Assembly (NCBI GenBank): GCA_963841915.1
Contig: CAWJEN010000006.1
Coordinates: 576,001 to 640,000 of the forward strand
Direction of reading: 5' to 3'
Source of the DNA: an uncultured Planctomycetota bacterium
GTDB lineage: Bacteria > Planctomycetota > Phycisphaerae > Tepidisphaerales > Tepidisphaeraceae
Length of the DNA stretch: 64,000 nt
The notes beneath the pieces are model-generated. The model was not told the DNA's origin. It ran no database searches and saw nothing but the letters and a program-made list of their open reading frames with translations. Positions 43,419 to 53,852 of the stretch are shown in pieces (within the stretch, counting starts at the first letter, position 1; every line of letters begins with the position of its first letter). The position numbers and the translations under genes were made by a program.

Positions 43419-44069
43419 TCAGTCGCGTTGCAAGTCGGCAGGCTTGAAGGCGTCCGGTTCGAAGGTGAACAGGCGGACCTCGTCGATTGAACCTTCGAAG
43501 CCGCCTGTCTCCTTGCCCTGGTTGAGGGCGATGGCCGCGCCCTCGCCGGCCTTGTAGCCCCAAGGCACTGAATCGGCGGAGCCGGCGTCGCGACCGTTGA
43601 CGTAGAGAACCGATCGATCTTCATGAATGACGAGAGCCACATGCGACCAGGTATCGAGTGGAAGTTTGTGGAAGCCGACGGTGGCCCGGCCGTAGATCAC
43701 GCCCCAAACACCTTCGTTAAATTGCTCGATCCCGAACCCACCGTCGCCGCCGCATCGGACGATGAGTCGGGCGCCATTGGAGGCGCTTGGGCGGACCCAC
43801 GCCTCTATGCCGACGTGCTTAGCCGGATTTGCGGGCATCTCTAGCATTTCCAGTCCGGCCTCTCCGTCAAACGCAAAGGCATTGTCGGATGCCATAATGG
43901 GCGCTGAGTCGGACGTTTTGGGCTCACCGGTAACTCGCCAGATGTTGTCCGCATCGGGTTCACCGAGGCGGGCGCGTAGGACATCTTCAACTTCAGCCGT
44001 CGCTGAGCTGGCAATAGTGGCAGCGGTCAGCAGAAAGGCTGCGAATGCGGCGCGAGTCAGCGTGGTCAT
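43419..44069 (-). CDS. Secreted LamG/concanavalin A-like lectin domain protein
   Basis: Signal peptide; FDG, IEAWVRP, WSHVALV, LYVNG, FEGSIDEVRL. Confidence 0.85.
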   Translation of the reverse strand: MTTLTRAAFAAFLLTAATIASSATAEVEDVLRARLGEPDADNIWRVTGEPKTSDSAPIMASDNAFAFDGEAGLEMLEMPANPAKHVGIEAWVRPSASNGARLIVRCGGDGGFGIEQFNEGVWGVIYGRATVGFHKLPLDTWSHVALVIHEDRSVLYVNGRDAGSADSVPWGYKAGEGAAIALNQGKETGGFEGSIDEVRLFTFEPDAFKPADLQRD

Positions 44070-44170
44070 CGTGTATACTAGACCCAATCCGGGCACGGCG
44101 GACGTGTATCGGCAGTCAGGTTCTGTCGCAGCTTTAAGCTTGTCGGGTAGAAATCGGTTAGTCTTTCATC

Positions 44171-45325
44171 ATGCCGACCGCGTCCAACGCCGCCTCATCT
44201 GCACCGGGAAAGCTCAGTCGGAGCGAGATGGTGACCCGGTTGCGGGCACACGTTGACTCGGGCGAATTCGCCGAGTCGTTCCCGCTGCCGTCCGAGCGCG
44301 TCCTCAGTGACCGCTTTTCCAGCCACCGCACCACAGTGCGACGGGCGCTGAAGCAGTTGATTGACGAGGGTGTGCTGCGCCGCGAGGGCAGGCGGATCAT
44401 GATCACCGGCCGTACGAAAGGGTGCCTCAGTGGCACCGCTGCGCTGCTCGTTCCGCCGCCTGTCAAGGACCACGAGCCGGAGGTTTGGCGGAGCTGGTCA
44501 GAGTACATTACGCTCAACCTGTCACGCGGCATCAGCGAGGCCGGGCTGAATCTGCTGTCGCTGCACCCTGACCAATTGACGGCGGACACGCTCGTTCGGC
44601 TGGCTCAGATGCGGCCACTGGGGGTGCTGGTGCCAGAGGTCTTTGGGCTCAATACCGCAGCCGTCATCGAGCTCTGCGATGCGGTGGTCGCCCACGATCT
44701 TCGCGTCGTTGTCAGCGGCGGCGACCCTTTGTTTGGCAAGTATGACCGGGTCGCGTCTGATCACGTCTATGGCGGAAAAATTCTCGCAGAAGCTCTTATC
44801 GGGGAACATCGCACCCGCCTGGCTCACGTTGCGGCCGGTTCCTTCGACACGTACTGGATGAAGGCCCGTGCCGAAGGCGCTGCCGACGCCTGTGCGGCGG
44901 CAGGTGTGGCCGAACCGCGGCGGATCATCGTCCCGCCTGTCTTTGCATTGCGAACACAGGACTCGTTCGACGCCCACGTCAAGCTCATTGCCGGTCACCT
45001 CGTGTCTCACCTGGGCCCGCAGCTCGACGTCGACGCACTGATGGTGGCGAGCGATCGCGAAAGCTACGCCGTCGCGGCGGCGGTGAATTTGTTCGGCAAA
45101 GTCCCCGGCCGCGACATCGCGATTTGCGGCTTCGACAACATCTACTCGCTGTGCGAAGAGCGGCAATTCGAGTCGTTCACGCCGCACTTCACGGTCGACA
45201 AACACAACGAAACCATGGGACGGCAGATGCTCGAACTGCTTCGCGACCGGGTCGACGGCAAGTTGCCGCCGGAACCGCAGCTGCGACTCGTCGAGCCCAC
45301 GCTGCTACGCCCGGCGGCTGACTGA
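44171..45325 (+). CDS. GntR-family HTH plus LacI-type sugar-binding domain transcriptional regulator
   Basis: LPSER.LS......RTTVRRAL..L..EG.L; C-terminal VPGRDIAICGFDN. Confidence 0.9.
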   Translation: MPTASNAASSAPGKLSRSEMVTRLRAHVDSGEFAESFPLPSERVLSDRFSSHRTTVRRALKQLIDEGVLRREGRRIMITGRTKGCLSGTAALLVPPPVKDHEPEVWRSWSEYITLNLSRGISEAGLNLLSLHPDQLTADTLVRLAQMRPLGVLVPEVFGLNTAAVIELCDAVVAHDLRVVVSGGDPLFGKYDRVASDHVYGGKILAEALIGEHRTRLAHVAAGSFDTYWMKARAEGAADACAAAGVAEPRRIIVPPVFALRTQDSFDAHVKLIAGHLVSHLGPQLDVDALMVASDRESYAVAAAVNLFGKVPGRDIAICGFDNIYSLCEERQFESFTPHFTVDKHNETMGRQMLELLRDRVDGKLPPEPQLRLVEPTLLRPAAD

Positions 45326-45373
45326 AACCCGACATTGTCTGCCAACGGGCGTGGTGGCGGCAGCATTGTGAGT

Positions 45374-45392
45374 TGTGCCCAAATCGGGTACA
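45374..45392. promoter_or_regulatory. Candidate operator palindrome TGTGCCC-N5-GGGTACA
   Basis: Near-perfect 7-5-7 palindrome upstream of the large glycoside hydrolase; related copies elsewhere in the island. Confidence 0.5.
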
Positions 45393-45479
45393 GTCGACAA
45401 CTTCCTGGCGTGATGTGTCCGTAGTCGTTCCGTGCGAGCGGTGTCACCTCAGGAACAACCTGTATCCTGAGGAGGATCG

Positions 45480-48400
45480 ATGGCCGCCGACCAGATTATC
45501 AACCGTGCTTCTCCTAAAGCCGTCGCGTCGCGCAACATCTGCGAACCTCTCGAGCCGCGCCAACTGCTCGCCGCAGAGCCGGTTCTAGCCGAGAGGACGT
45601 GGGACTTCATCGATTCGATCGGCATTAACCGGCAGTATGGCGTAACAGAGGCCGACATCAGTGACGTCGGCATCCGCCACCTGCGGGGTTCGCTGATCGG
45701 TTTCACCCAAGGCTCGTCGCCTTCGGAGGATGTTGCGAAGCGGATCTACGACGACAATGGCATCAAGTCGACCATCCTGATCACCGGCGAGTACAACAAG
45801 TCTCCGCAGACGATGATCAACGAGATCAATCGCTTCGACCCGCAAGGGGTCAGCTTGATTGAGGGGATGAACGAGGTCGACAACAGCTTTGTCCCGACGT
45901 CGTTCTACTACCAGATGGCCGGTTTCGATCAGGGTGTCGACTCAGTCAAAGAATCGCAGCGACAGGTGTACGAAGCCATTCGGTCAGATCCCGACTGGGA
46001 CAACGTGATGCTGGCGAACTTCACGATGATCTTCGACCGCAGTCAGGCGGCGCCGTTCTACGACTACGACCTGCTCAACGAGCACAGCTATCAGGGGCGT
46101 GAAAAGCCTGAAAGTACGAATCTTGGCAACTGGTATGACGATGCCCGTGACGTCGAGCCGGACGGGCTGGCCAAAAAGCCGATCGTTATCACCGAGACCG
46201 GCTACACGACGAATTATAACGCGACGCGGCAGGTCCCGGAAGTCGCTCAGTCCAAGTACACGCCGCGTCTGTTTGCGTCGTACTTCAAGAAGGGCGTGGC
46301 CCGGACCTTTCTCTTCTCCTTCGGCAACTTGGAAGGTTACGGCCTCAAGCGCGATGACGGGTCGCTCAAGCCGTCTTACTCAGCTGTCAAGAACCTGATT
46401 TCGACGCTTTCGGAGGAAACATGGGACGTGGGGCAAAAGCGATGGGAACTGCCCAACGGTTCCCCTGCCGGCCGCGTCTTTGATCCGGGGTATCTCGACT
46501 ACGAAGTCACCGGCGGAGCCGTCGAGCAGCTCTTGCTCCAGCAGTCCGACGGTGACTTTTACTTGATGCTCTGGCAAAACAAGCGGGTGACAGACCCCAA
46601 TGCCAGCGACTCGAAGAATGTCATCAACAACCCCGACGTCAACGTCACGATCAACCTCGACACGGCGATCAATTCAAGCGTGACGAGCTACCGTCAGAAT
46701 GCAGACGGCAGCTACACCACGAGTGCTTTGTCTGCCAGTGGAGCTGCCGGAAGTCAGTCGGTGACGCTTCCTGTCGGTGATGCGGTCACGCTCGTGAAGT
46801 TGACGCCGAGCGGTGGATTAGCGGCGACGTTGGGGGGCGCAGAATTCGGTGCCCAGCTTGCCGCCGTCAACGTCGGCGGAGCACAAAACGGCGCTTTCGC
46901 TGCCGACGCGCCTGCGAACGCTTACACCTACGTGACCCCATCAACTCCGGGTGGCGTCGTCTCAAGGTCGAGAGCAATCAACATGTCCGGCGTCGCAAGC
47001 GGCACGCCGGCTTCGATCTTCCAGTCGGGCCGCGAAGGAACTTCGACCGTCAGCATTGATGGTCTGAGATCGGGTGAGACGTACAAGGTTCGACTCCACT
47101 TTGCCGAAGACTCGGCCGCCGTGACGGCGGCGGGACAACGCACGTTCCACGTCTGGATCAACGGCGAGCAGGTTCTGGAGAACTACGACATTTATGCCGA
47201 CGCCAACGGGGCGAACAAGGCGGTCTCACGGGACTTCTTTGTCGGCGGGCATCCGGGTGGTGCCATCAGCGTTCAGCTCTTCGATGGCGACGCCGGCAAG
47301 GCCCTGATCAACGGCGTCGAAGTCTTCGTTCGCGGCGACGACGGGCAACGGGCGCTGGTCCCGCAGGGCGAGGACGGCCGAATCTCGCGGAGCGACAACG
47401 GCGGCGGCCTGTCAACGTCCAGCGTCACCTCGTCGAGCATCCTGGCAGGCACCTACCAGAGCATTGATGCCAACGCTGTGCTCGTCTTCCAGCTGCCAAC
47501 GCTTGCCCCCGGAGAACTCTTCACTTCCGGGTCCTTCGGCGTGAAAGTCGCCGAGAACTTCGGCGGCTTGAACTCGTGGAACCTTGACCTCTACGGGCTC
47601 GGTGCCCGCGCAAGTGCCGATATTCTCGGCAGCGACTACTACAACGGCTCCGACGACACCACCGATGCCGTCAAGCTCAGCGACAACTTCATCGCCAGGT
47701 ACACCACGGGTCTTCCTGCAGTCGAGACATCGCCGTCGCTCGGTTCGACCATCGCCGACTACCTCAACACGCAGTACGCCGGTGGCGACAACGCGGGTAA
47801 GTACGTGTTTCTGCGTCTGAGCCCCGACGCATCGGGCTCGAACCTGCCCAATGACCGCATCCTGAAAGTGCTCAGCAACGAAGCATCGTCGATTCAGGAT
47901 CGGCCGTTCCTGCGCTACGAAACCAATCTTGCCGACCTCGGCGGGGCGGCGGGCGCTTTCCTGCAGGATGAATCGGGCAGCAACCTCGTCAGTATGGAGG
48001 CCGAGCACTACAGGTCCAACGTCGACGGAACTACCGATTTCTGGGTACAACAGACCGGCAGCGGGTCCGGAAACGCCTCCATGTTCGCCGGGCCGGACGA
48101 CGGCACGACCAACAATTCCAACTTCGTCTCCGACAGTCCGCGGCTCGACTTCGACATCAACTTCAAGACGACCGGAACCCACTACGTCTGGATTCGAGGC
48201 GCAGCTCCGGCGACCAACAGCGGCGGGGGCGATTCGGTGCACGTCGGTCTCAATGGCAGTGCCGTCGCTTCAGCCGACCGCATCTCCGGGTTTGGAGCCA
48301 ACGCCTTCAACTGGATCAGCCAGACCATGGACGGCTCGAGCCGTGCGACGATCAACATCACGAGCACCGGCATTCAGACGCTGAACGTCTGGATGCGTGA

Positions 48401-49076
48401 GGACGGCTTTGACTTCGACAAGATCGTCTTGACGAAGTCCTCGAGCTACACGCCCAGCGGCGTCGGGCCGGCCGAGAGTGACCGTGTGCCCAGTGTGCTG
48501 CCCGAACTACGCCAGGCCGAAGATGCCGTGCTGGGCGGCGGGACTGTGGTGGCGACGACCTCGGTCGGCTTCCGCGGCACGGGCTATGCCAATCCCGGTG
48601 CAGCCGGCTCCTACATCGACTTCACCGACGTCGTCGGCGGCCTGCAACGCACGTTCACCTTCCGGTACACCAACGGCTCGGTCGCTAGTCGCACCGCCGA
48701 CTTGAAGGTCAACGGGTCCGTCGTCGGCACCATCACTGCGTCTCCGACGGGTAGCTGGAACAACTGGTCAACCGTTTCTGCGACGCTCGATCTTCCAGCC
48801 GGTAACAACACGGTCCGACTCGAGGCGACCGGTCAGGACTGGGGTCACGTCGACGAGGTCGAGATCTCCGGAAACGCGGTCGCTGCCTCACCTGCAGGAA
48901 GGTTCGGCCAAGCCCGTGAGACAGATGTCGGCCGCGAATTGCAACCGGTCAGCTCCGGCCACATCGTTCGACCCGGCGTAGCGGCAACTCGCCTCTTTGC
49001 CGATGGAGCCAGCCCCCTTTTCCCAGGTTTTACCGATGAGGCGGTTCTGGACGAGCCGTGGGCCTTGTTTGCCTGA
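45480..49076 (+). CDS. Large multi-domain extracellular glycoside hydrolase (planctomycete LEPRxLL motif, clan GH-A barrel, malectin, CBM-like domains)
   Basis: EPLEPRQLLA; EGMNEVDN and IVITETGY putative catalytic Glu pair; YKVRLHFAE...GQRTF.V.ING malectin; WMREDG..FDKI.L domain; QAEDA...F.YTNG...TG.W..W CBM6/35-like. Confidence 0.8.
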   Translation: MAADQIINRASPKAVASRNICEPLEPRQLLAAEPVLAERTWDFIDSIGINRQYGVTEADISDVGIRHLRGSLIGFTQGSSPSEDVAKRIYDDNGIKSTILITGEYNKSPQTMINEINRFDPQGVSLIEGMNEVDNSFVPTSFYYQMAGFDQGVDSVKESQRQVYEAIRSDPDWDNVMLANFTMIFDRSQAAPFYDYDLLNEHSYQGREKPESTNLGNWYDDARDVEPDGLAKKPIVITETGYTTNYNATRQVPEVAQSKYTPRLFASYFKKGVARTFLFSFGNLEGYGLKRDDGSLKPSYSAVKNLISTLSEETWDVGQKRWELPNGSPAGRVFDPGYLDYEVTGGAVEQLLLQQSDGDFYLMLWQNKRVTDPNASDSKNVINNPDVNVTINLDTAINSSVTSYRQNADGSYTTSALSASGAAGSQSVTLPVGDAVTLVKLTPSGGLAATLGGAEFGAQLAAVNVGGAQNGAFAADAPANAYTYVTPSTPGGVVSRSRAINMSGVASGTPASIFQSGREGTSTVSIDGLRSGETYKVRLHFAEDSAAVTAAGQRTFHVWINGEQVLENYDIYADANGANKAVSRDFFVGGHPGGAISVQLFDGDAGKALINGVEVFVRGDDGQRALVPQGEDGRISRSDNGGGLSTSSVTSSSILAGTYQSIDANAVLVFQLPTLAPGELFTSGSFGVKVAENFGGLNSWNLDLYGLGARASADILGSDYYNGSDDTTDAVKLSDNFIARYTTGLPAVETSPSLGSTIADYLNTQYAGGDNAGKYVFLRLSPDASGSNLPNDRILKVLSNEASSIQDRPFLRYETNLADLGGAAGAFLQDESGSNLVSMEAEHYRSNVDGTTDFWVQQTGSGSGNASMFAGPDDGTTNNSNFVSDSPRLDFDINFKTTGTHYVWIRGAAPATNSGGGDSVHVGLNGSAVASADRISGFGANAFNWISQTMDGSSRATINITSTGIQTLNVWMREDGFDFDKIVLTKSSSYTPSGVGPAESDRVPSVLPELRQAEDAVLGGGTVVATTSVGFRGTGYANPGAAGSYIDFTDVVGGLQRTFTFRYTNGSVASRTADLKVNGSVVGTITASPTGSWNNWSTVSATLDLPAGNNTVRLEATGQDWGHVDEVEISGNAVAASPAGRFGQARETDVGRELQPVSSGHIVRPGVAATRLFADGASPLFPGFTDEAVLDEPWALFA

Positions 49077-49139
49077 TGGCGTCAATGAACCCGCAACGTG
49101 CCCTTGCCGCTGTATGAGTGCCCGATTTTGAGTGAACCA

Positions 49140-52100
49140 ATGTTTTCGAACCACCACCGCCCGCTGCTCGCCGTCGTTCTCGGCGCTGTCCTGCTTCTTG
49201 TCTTACCGGCGGCGGGGGCGCCATCCCGTGACTGGCGAGATACGCCGCTCGATGAGCTACGCGCGATTCCGGGCATCGATGTGGTGGAGGTGACCTTTGA
49301 CGGTCGCGAGCCGCAGGAACATGGCTTGGCTGTTCACGGGTCGCTGCCCAAGCCGCTCAAAGTCAGCTTCCCAAAGTCCGGGACGGAGATTGCTTGGGGC
49401 ACGCAGGCCAGTGCTGACGACCGGCCGTGGATGCGACACTTTCCGCTCGACATCACCGATGAAGCGTTTCGCGATGCCGATCACGCAGCCGTCGACATCT
49501 ACGTGACTTACCACTTGGCCGCCTGGTCCGGACTGCAGGTCGAGGCATCAACGTCCGAGGGCTTGAAGGTGGTCGACAACGGGTGGGGCAACACGTCGAA
49601 CTGGCGGACAGAATTCACTGCGGCGGACGATGTCGACTTCACCGCAGATGGGCCTCACCTGCGGGTCGCCGGGGCAAACGGAACCCTCTACATCAAACGT
49701 GTCCGACTCATCGGCTACAAGCGCAGCGGCCCGGACGTGCGTTGGGATCGCCTGTTGCGGCCACGGTCACTCGAGGCCGGTACGAGCGACGGCATTTTCG
49801 CTTTTGCGCCTGGTGAGGGACAAGCGCGTCTGGCTGTCGAGAATCTGGCGACGCAAGACAAGGACCTTGACTACACCTTCAGCATTTCGACGCTCGGCGA
49901 CGAATCGGTCGTGCACCAGTCGAGCGGGAAGGTGACGATCGGCGGGGCGTCGACGGAGTCGATCGACATGTCCTTCGACGCCTCGGACTGGAAGCTGGGC
50001 CCGTACGTCGGGTCGATCGTGGTCAATGACAGCGACGCAAGTGAGCCGATGCTTTCGCTGCCGTTGACGCTGGGCGTCATCGACGGCGAGACGCGACGTC
50101 TCGAACGCGCCCGCGGCAACGCGAGCTACTGGTTCGGCCTCGATGCGGCCAACAACGAAATATTCAAGACCGGCACCGACCAGTCGTTTGCCTACTACGA
50201 CCTGCTGGGCGTCGACATTCTGCGAGGCGTCCCGCATGCCAGCAAGGGCAAGGTGTCATCGGTCAGTCACATCTCGGACATGATGGGCAAGCTGGCCGAC
50301 CACGACATGCGCAGCGCCTACATCGCTTGGCCCGACGCGTGGCAGAAGAATGGGTCGGAGTACGAGAAGGATCGTGAGAAGCGGGTCGGAGCCCTCGCCG
50401 CCTTAGCCGCTGCCTACGGCGGCCGGGAACCCGGCAAGATTCCATACTTCGAGATCGGCAACGAGCCGGACCTGACCTTCTTCTACGGCCGACCTGCAAA
50501 GGACTACGTCGAGAGCTACCACATGGCCTACGACGCGATCCGCGACGCGGACCCGGAGCACAAGGCAATGGTGATGCACGGCGGCCTGTGCTTCCACGGG
50601 AGTGACGGTGACCGCCGGGCGCGCGAGATTATCCGCCTGACGGATCCGGACAAGGTCGATGTCTGGGCGTTTCATGGCCACGGTCCGGGCCTCGAATCTG
50701 AAAGAGAGGCCTACGAGCGGCATGTCGAGGCGGTCCGAAGCGAGGCCCAAGGCGACACCAACACTAATTTGGCCAAGCCGTTCCTGGAGACCGAAAGCGG
50801 CGTCAATCAGACTAACGCGGCAGGTATGGCCGAGCAGGCGCGGACAGCGGTAGAGAAGCAGCTGTACGCCATGAGCGTCGACATGCCGAGCTTGTACTAC
50901 TTCCGCCTGTACATGGAAGGTGGTGGCGATGCGGGTTACGGCATGACCCGCCGCATTGGTAGAGGCGACTTCAATCAACCGCTGCCCAGCGTTTTGACCT
51001 ACCGCCAACTCGTGCGGCGGCTTCGGCACACGCGATTCGTCAGCCAACTTCCGGTCGAGTCCGACGGCATCGTCGCATTTCTATTCGCACATGTCGACGA
51101 AGCCGGCCGCGACGACGGCACCAAGACGCTCGTCGCGTTCAACACCGATCCGCAGCAGACGACGCTGACGTTCCAGCTCCAGGAAGCGGGCGCGTCGATG
51201 AGGAACGAGCCCAATGCGTACGACATGTACGGCAACGGCTTCGAACTCAAGGCCGGTGTCGACAATGTCCGCGAACTGGATGTCGGGCCGGATCCGGTCT
51301 ATTTGACTTGGGCCGGCGACGGCGCGGTCGATGAGGTGCAAGCCCTGTCGCCGCTGCTGACGCTGGCCGATGCAAGCCAGCCACGCGTGCTGCTCGGCGA
51401 GGACAACGTGATCAAGCTACTCGTGGGCGGTAACGCCACGACAGTCGGTAAGGCGACCCTGTCCACGACGGCCACGGGCCGCATTGCCATGTCGGTCACG
51501 CCCGAGACGCAGCAGATTGATCTGGGCCAAGCTGGCGAGATCGAGCTGGTCGTGCGACCGGGCACGTCGGAGGCGCCGCTGAACGTGCCGACGTGGTGGA
51601 AGTCGTTCGTCGATGTCGACCTCGAACAACTCGAGGCCCAGCCGTCGTTGCTGGCCACCATCCCGAACACGCTGCCGAAGCTCGATGGCGGGCAGGTGAG
51701 CGGCTCACATATCAAGGGTGACGAGTCCAATCTCGTCGACTTCGATACCATCTCCACCGGTCGCAAGGAGAAGCGCCCGGCAGTGTCGTACGCAATTCTC
51801 GACTCGGCAGCAGACGCCACGGTGAAGGTCGGAGCACGGGCCGACTGGTGGATGAAGTGGTACCTCAACGGCGAAGTCGTCTACGACACGTTCGATCGAG
51901 GCAATCAGCACGGGACGGTGATCGACCACACCTTCGACCTGAAGCTGAAGGCCGGCCGCAACGTCATCGCCGTGATGGTCAAGAGCGGCATGAGCGGCTT
52001 CAACTTCACCCTTGCCGATGAAGGAGATCTCGCTTTGGCCCGGGGCGAGCTGGCGCCCGACACGGTGGCCGTGGACGTTCTTGACGAGTCGGGGTCGCTG

Positions 52101-52637
52101 CTGACCAAGGTGTACGTGCCGCTGGAGCTCGCAGCCGACGTGGCCGACCTGCAGGGCGTTCAGCCTCAAGACGTCGAAGCCTGGCGCAACATGGAACCCG
52201 TCGCTGTTCTGACGGACGAGGCTGTGTCCAACCCGCACTTGAAGCACCCGGACGCCACCCGTTGGTACAGCGGCTCGGATGACTTGTCGGCCGACGTCTG
52301 GCTGCTCGATGATGAGGAAGCAGACGCGACCCATGTCTTCGTCGAAGTCCGCGATGACGTCGCAAGCGCGGGAGACGCGGTGCGTGTGGTCATCATCAGC
52401 GACGCAGGTGAGACGCTGGTCGACGAGGCCCTCGACGTGCTCCGCACCGAGAAGAACAGCCTGATCTACCACCTGCCGATCTCGCGAAGCACGATGGCAG
52501 CGTCGCCGTTCCGGCTCAATCTAGAGGTGCAAGACCTCGACGACGGTGACGTAGGCGACGCCGCTTACAAGCAGATCGCAAGTTTCGGCTCGGTCAACAA
52601 CCCGGCCTTGGGTGTCCGATTCACGCTGCGGAAGTAA
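49140..52637 (+). CDS. Large secreted GH39-like (clan GH-A) glycoside hydrolase
   Basis: Signal peptide; FEIGNEPD, Y.AI...DP, D..AFH.H, FLETESG; C-terminal jelly-roll-like domains. Confidence 0.75.
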   Translation: MFSNHHRPLLAVVLGAVLLLVLPAAGAPSRDWRDTPLDELRAIPGIDVVEVTFDGREPQEHGLAVHGSLPKPLKVSFPKSGTEIAWGTQASADDRPWMRHFPLDITDEAFRDADHAAVDIYVTYHLAAWSGLQVEASTSEGLKVVDNGWGNTSNWRTEFTAADDVDFTADGPHLRVAGANGTLYIKRVRLIGYKRSGPDVRWDRLLRPRSLEAGTSDGIFAFAPGEGQARLAVENLATQDKDLDYTFSISTLGDESVVHQSSGKVTIGGASTESIDMSFDASDWKLGPYVGSIVVNDSDASEPMLSLPLTLGVIDGETRRLERARGNASYWFGLDAANNEIFKTGTDQSFAYYDLLGVDILRGVPHASKGKVSSVSHISDMMGKLADHDMRSAYIAWPDAWQKNGSEYEKDREKRVGALAALAAAYGGREPGKIPYFEIGNEPDLTFFYGRPAKDYVESYHMAYDAIRDADPEHKAMVMHGGLCFHGSDGDRRAREIIRLTDPDKVDVWAFHGHGPGLESEREAYERHVEAVRSEAQGDTNTNLAKPFLETESGVNQTNAAGMAEQARTAVEKQLYAMSVDMPSLYYFRLYMEGGGDAGYGMTRRIGRGDFNQPLPSVLTYRQLVRRLRHTRFVSQLPVESDGIVAFLFAHVDEAGRDDGTKTLVAFNTDPQQTTLTFQLQEAGASMRNEPNAYDMYGNGFELKAGVDNVRELDVGPDPVYLTWAGDGAVDEVQALSPLLTLADASQPRVLLGEDNVIKLLVGGNATTVGKATLSTTATGRIAMSVTPETQQIDLGQAGEIELVVRPGTSEAPLNVPTWWKSFVDVDLEQLEAQPSLLATIPNTLPKLDGGQVSGSHIKGDESNLVDFDTISTGRKEKRPAVSYAILDSAADATVKVGARADWWMKWYLNGEVVYDTFDRGNQHGTVIDHTFDLKLKAGRNVIAVMVKSGMSGFNFTLADEGDLALARGELAPDTVAVDVLDESGSLLTKVYVPLELAADVADLQGVQPQDVEAWRNMEPVAVLTDEAVSNPHLKHPDATRWYSGSDDLSADVWLLDDEEADATHVFVEVRDDVASAGDAVRVVIISDAGETLVDEALDVLRTEKNSLIYHLPISRSTMAASPFRLNLEVQDLDDGDVGDAAYKQIASFGSVNNPALGVRFTLRK

Positions 52638-52836
52638 GGCTGAAAAGAGCCGAAGCCACGAATGCCGTTGGAACCAAAGCGGGCACATAACGTGCAGCTG
52701 ACATACATTGTGCCCAATGCTATTGCATGCTTGCTCGTTCTATGTTAGCTTTAACCGGTCCGACCACACGCAACGACCTGAACGCTCGGGTAGCTCGCTG
52801 CGGACGGCCTTTAAGAAGATCCTGAGGAGGAAGCTC

Positions 52837-53766
52837 ATGTCTCGACTGTCCTATCTAACCCGCGCTCGCGGATTCACGCTGATCGAACTCCTCGTGGTCA
52901 TCGGGATCATCGGGTTGCTCTTGTCCATCCTGATTCCGACGCTCACAAAGGCCAAAGAGTCGGCCGTCAACGTCAAGTGCCTGTCAAACATGCGCCAGAT
53001 GGGCATGGTGCTGCACCAGTACGCCAGCGAAGATTCGTCGAGGGACTTCCCGATGTATGAGGCGTTCGGCATCGATCCTAAACTCTCGCTGGCGAAGCGG
53101 ACGAAGATCGATCCGAACACGCTCGGCGGATGGTCAGGCAGAATGAAGTTCCTGCCCAAGCTTCGGGAGGAAGGGTTCCTCCTCGACTTCGAGGTCGCCT
53201 TCTGCCCCAACGCCTGGGAGCAGGAGTTCGAGTACGTCGAGATCGGCCCCGATCAGTTCGAATTCAAGCACACCGGCCCGACGCCTGTCGATAAGCCGTT
53301 GTTCCACTGGACGCCCGCCTTCGCCCAGGGCGGCCCGGGCGGCATCGCACACCGCAGCCGCGGCGAGTACATGTACCTGGGCCCCGGCACGACCAACAGC
53401 GCCTGGGTCGAAAAGGTTGTCTCCAAGGAACTACTCGACCGCTTCCCGCACCAAGGGGTCAGGCAGCCGGGGCTCGATTCCTCGAATGCCAGCAACCGCT
53501 TGTGGTACGGCGTTCGATCCACCGGCCAACTCAATTCCATCGCGCTCTTCCCGTTCGCGGGCAGCGAAAAGAAGATCATCAATGCTGATTGGGGCAGCGA
53601 ATTGCTGCCACTGATGGGCGAAGCCGCCGTCGGCAACTACACCTCGACCTTCTTCGCTGGTCGTGCTCCGCATGGCGGTAACGAGGTCGGTACAACCAAT
53701 CAGCAACGTGACGGCACGGGCAACTACCTCATGGTCGACGCCAGTGCCTCCACGCTTCCCTTCTGA
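52837..53766 (+). CDS. Prepilin-type N-terminal cleavage/methylation protein (DUF1559-like)
   Basis: GFTLIELLVVIGII..L.SILIP.L..AKE.A....C.SN.RQ.G; C-terminal H...NYLMVD; GAGGAGG RBS. Confidence 0.9.
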   Translation: MSRLSYLTRARGFTLIELLVVIGIIGLLLSILIPTLTKAKESAVNVKCLSNMRQMGMVLHQYASEDSSRDFPMYEAFGIDPKLSLAKRTKIDPNTLGGWSGRMKFLPKLREEGFLLDFEVAFCPNAWEQEFEYVEIGPDQFEFKHTGPTPVDKPLFHWTPAFAQGGPGGIAHRSRGEYMYLGPGTTNSAWVEKVVSKELLDRFPHQGVRQPGLDSSNASNRLWYGVRSTGQLNSIALFPFAGSEKKIINADWGSELLPLMGEAAVGNYTSTFFAGRAPHGGNEVGTTNQQRDGTGNYLMVDASASTLPF

Positions 53767-53797
53767 GCCTCAGGCGACACTCGAGACCCATTAATGA

Positions 53798-53831
53798 AAC
53801 GACTCCGCCCGACGGCGGAGTCGTTCCTTTT
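53798..53831 (+). terminator. Rho-independent terminator (possibly bidirectional) between the pilin-like gene and nadA
   Basis: AACGACTCCGCC-cgac-GGCGGAGTCGTT followed by CCTTTT. Confidence 0.8.
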
Positions 53832-53852
53832 GTAGAGACTTCGCCTGTAGCG

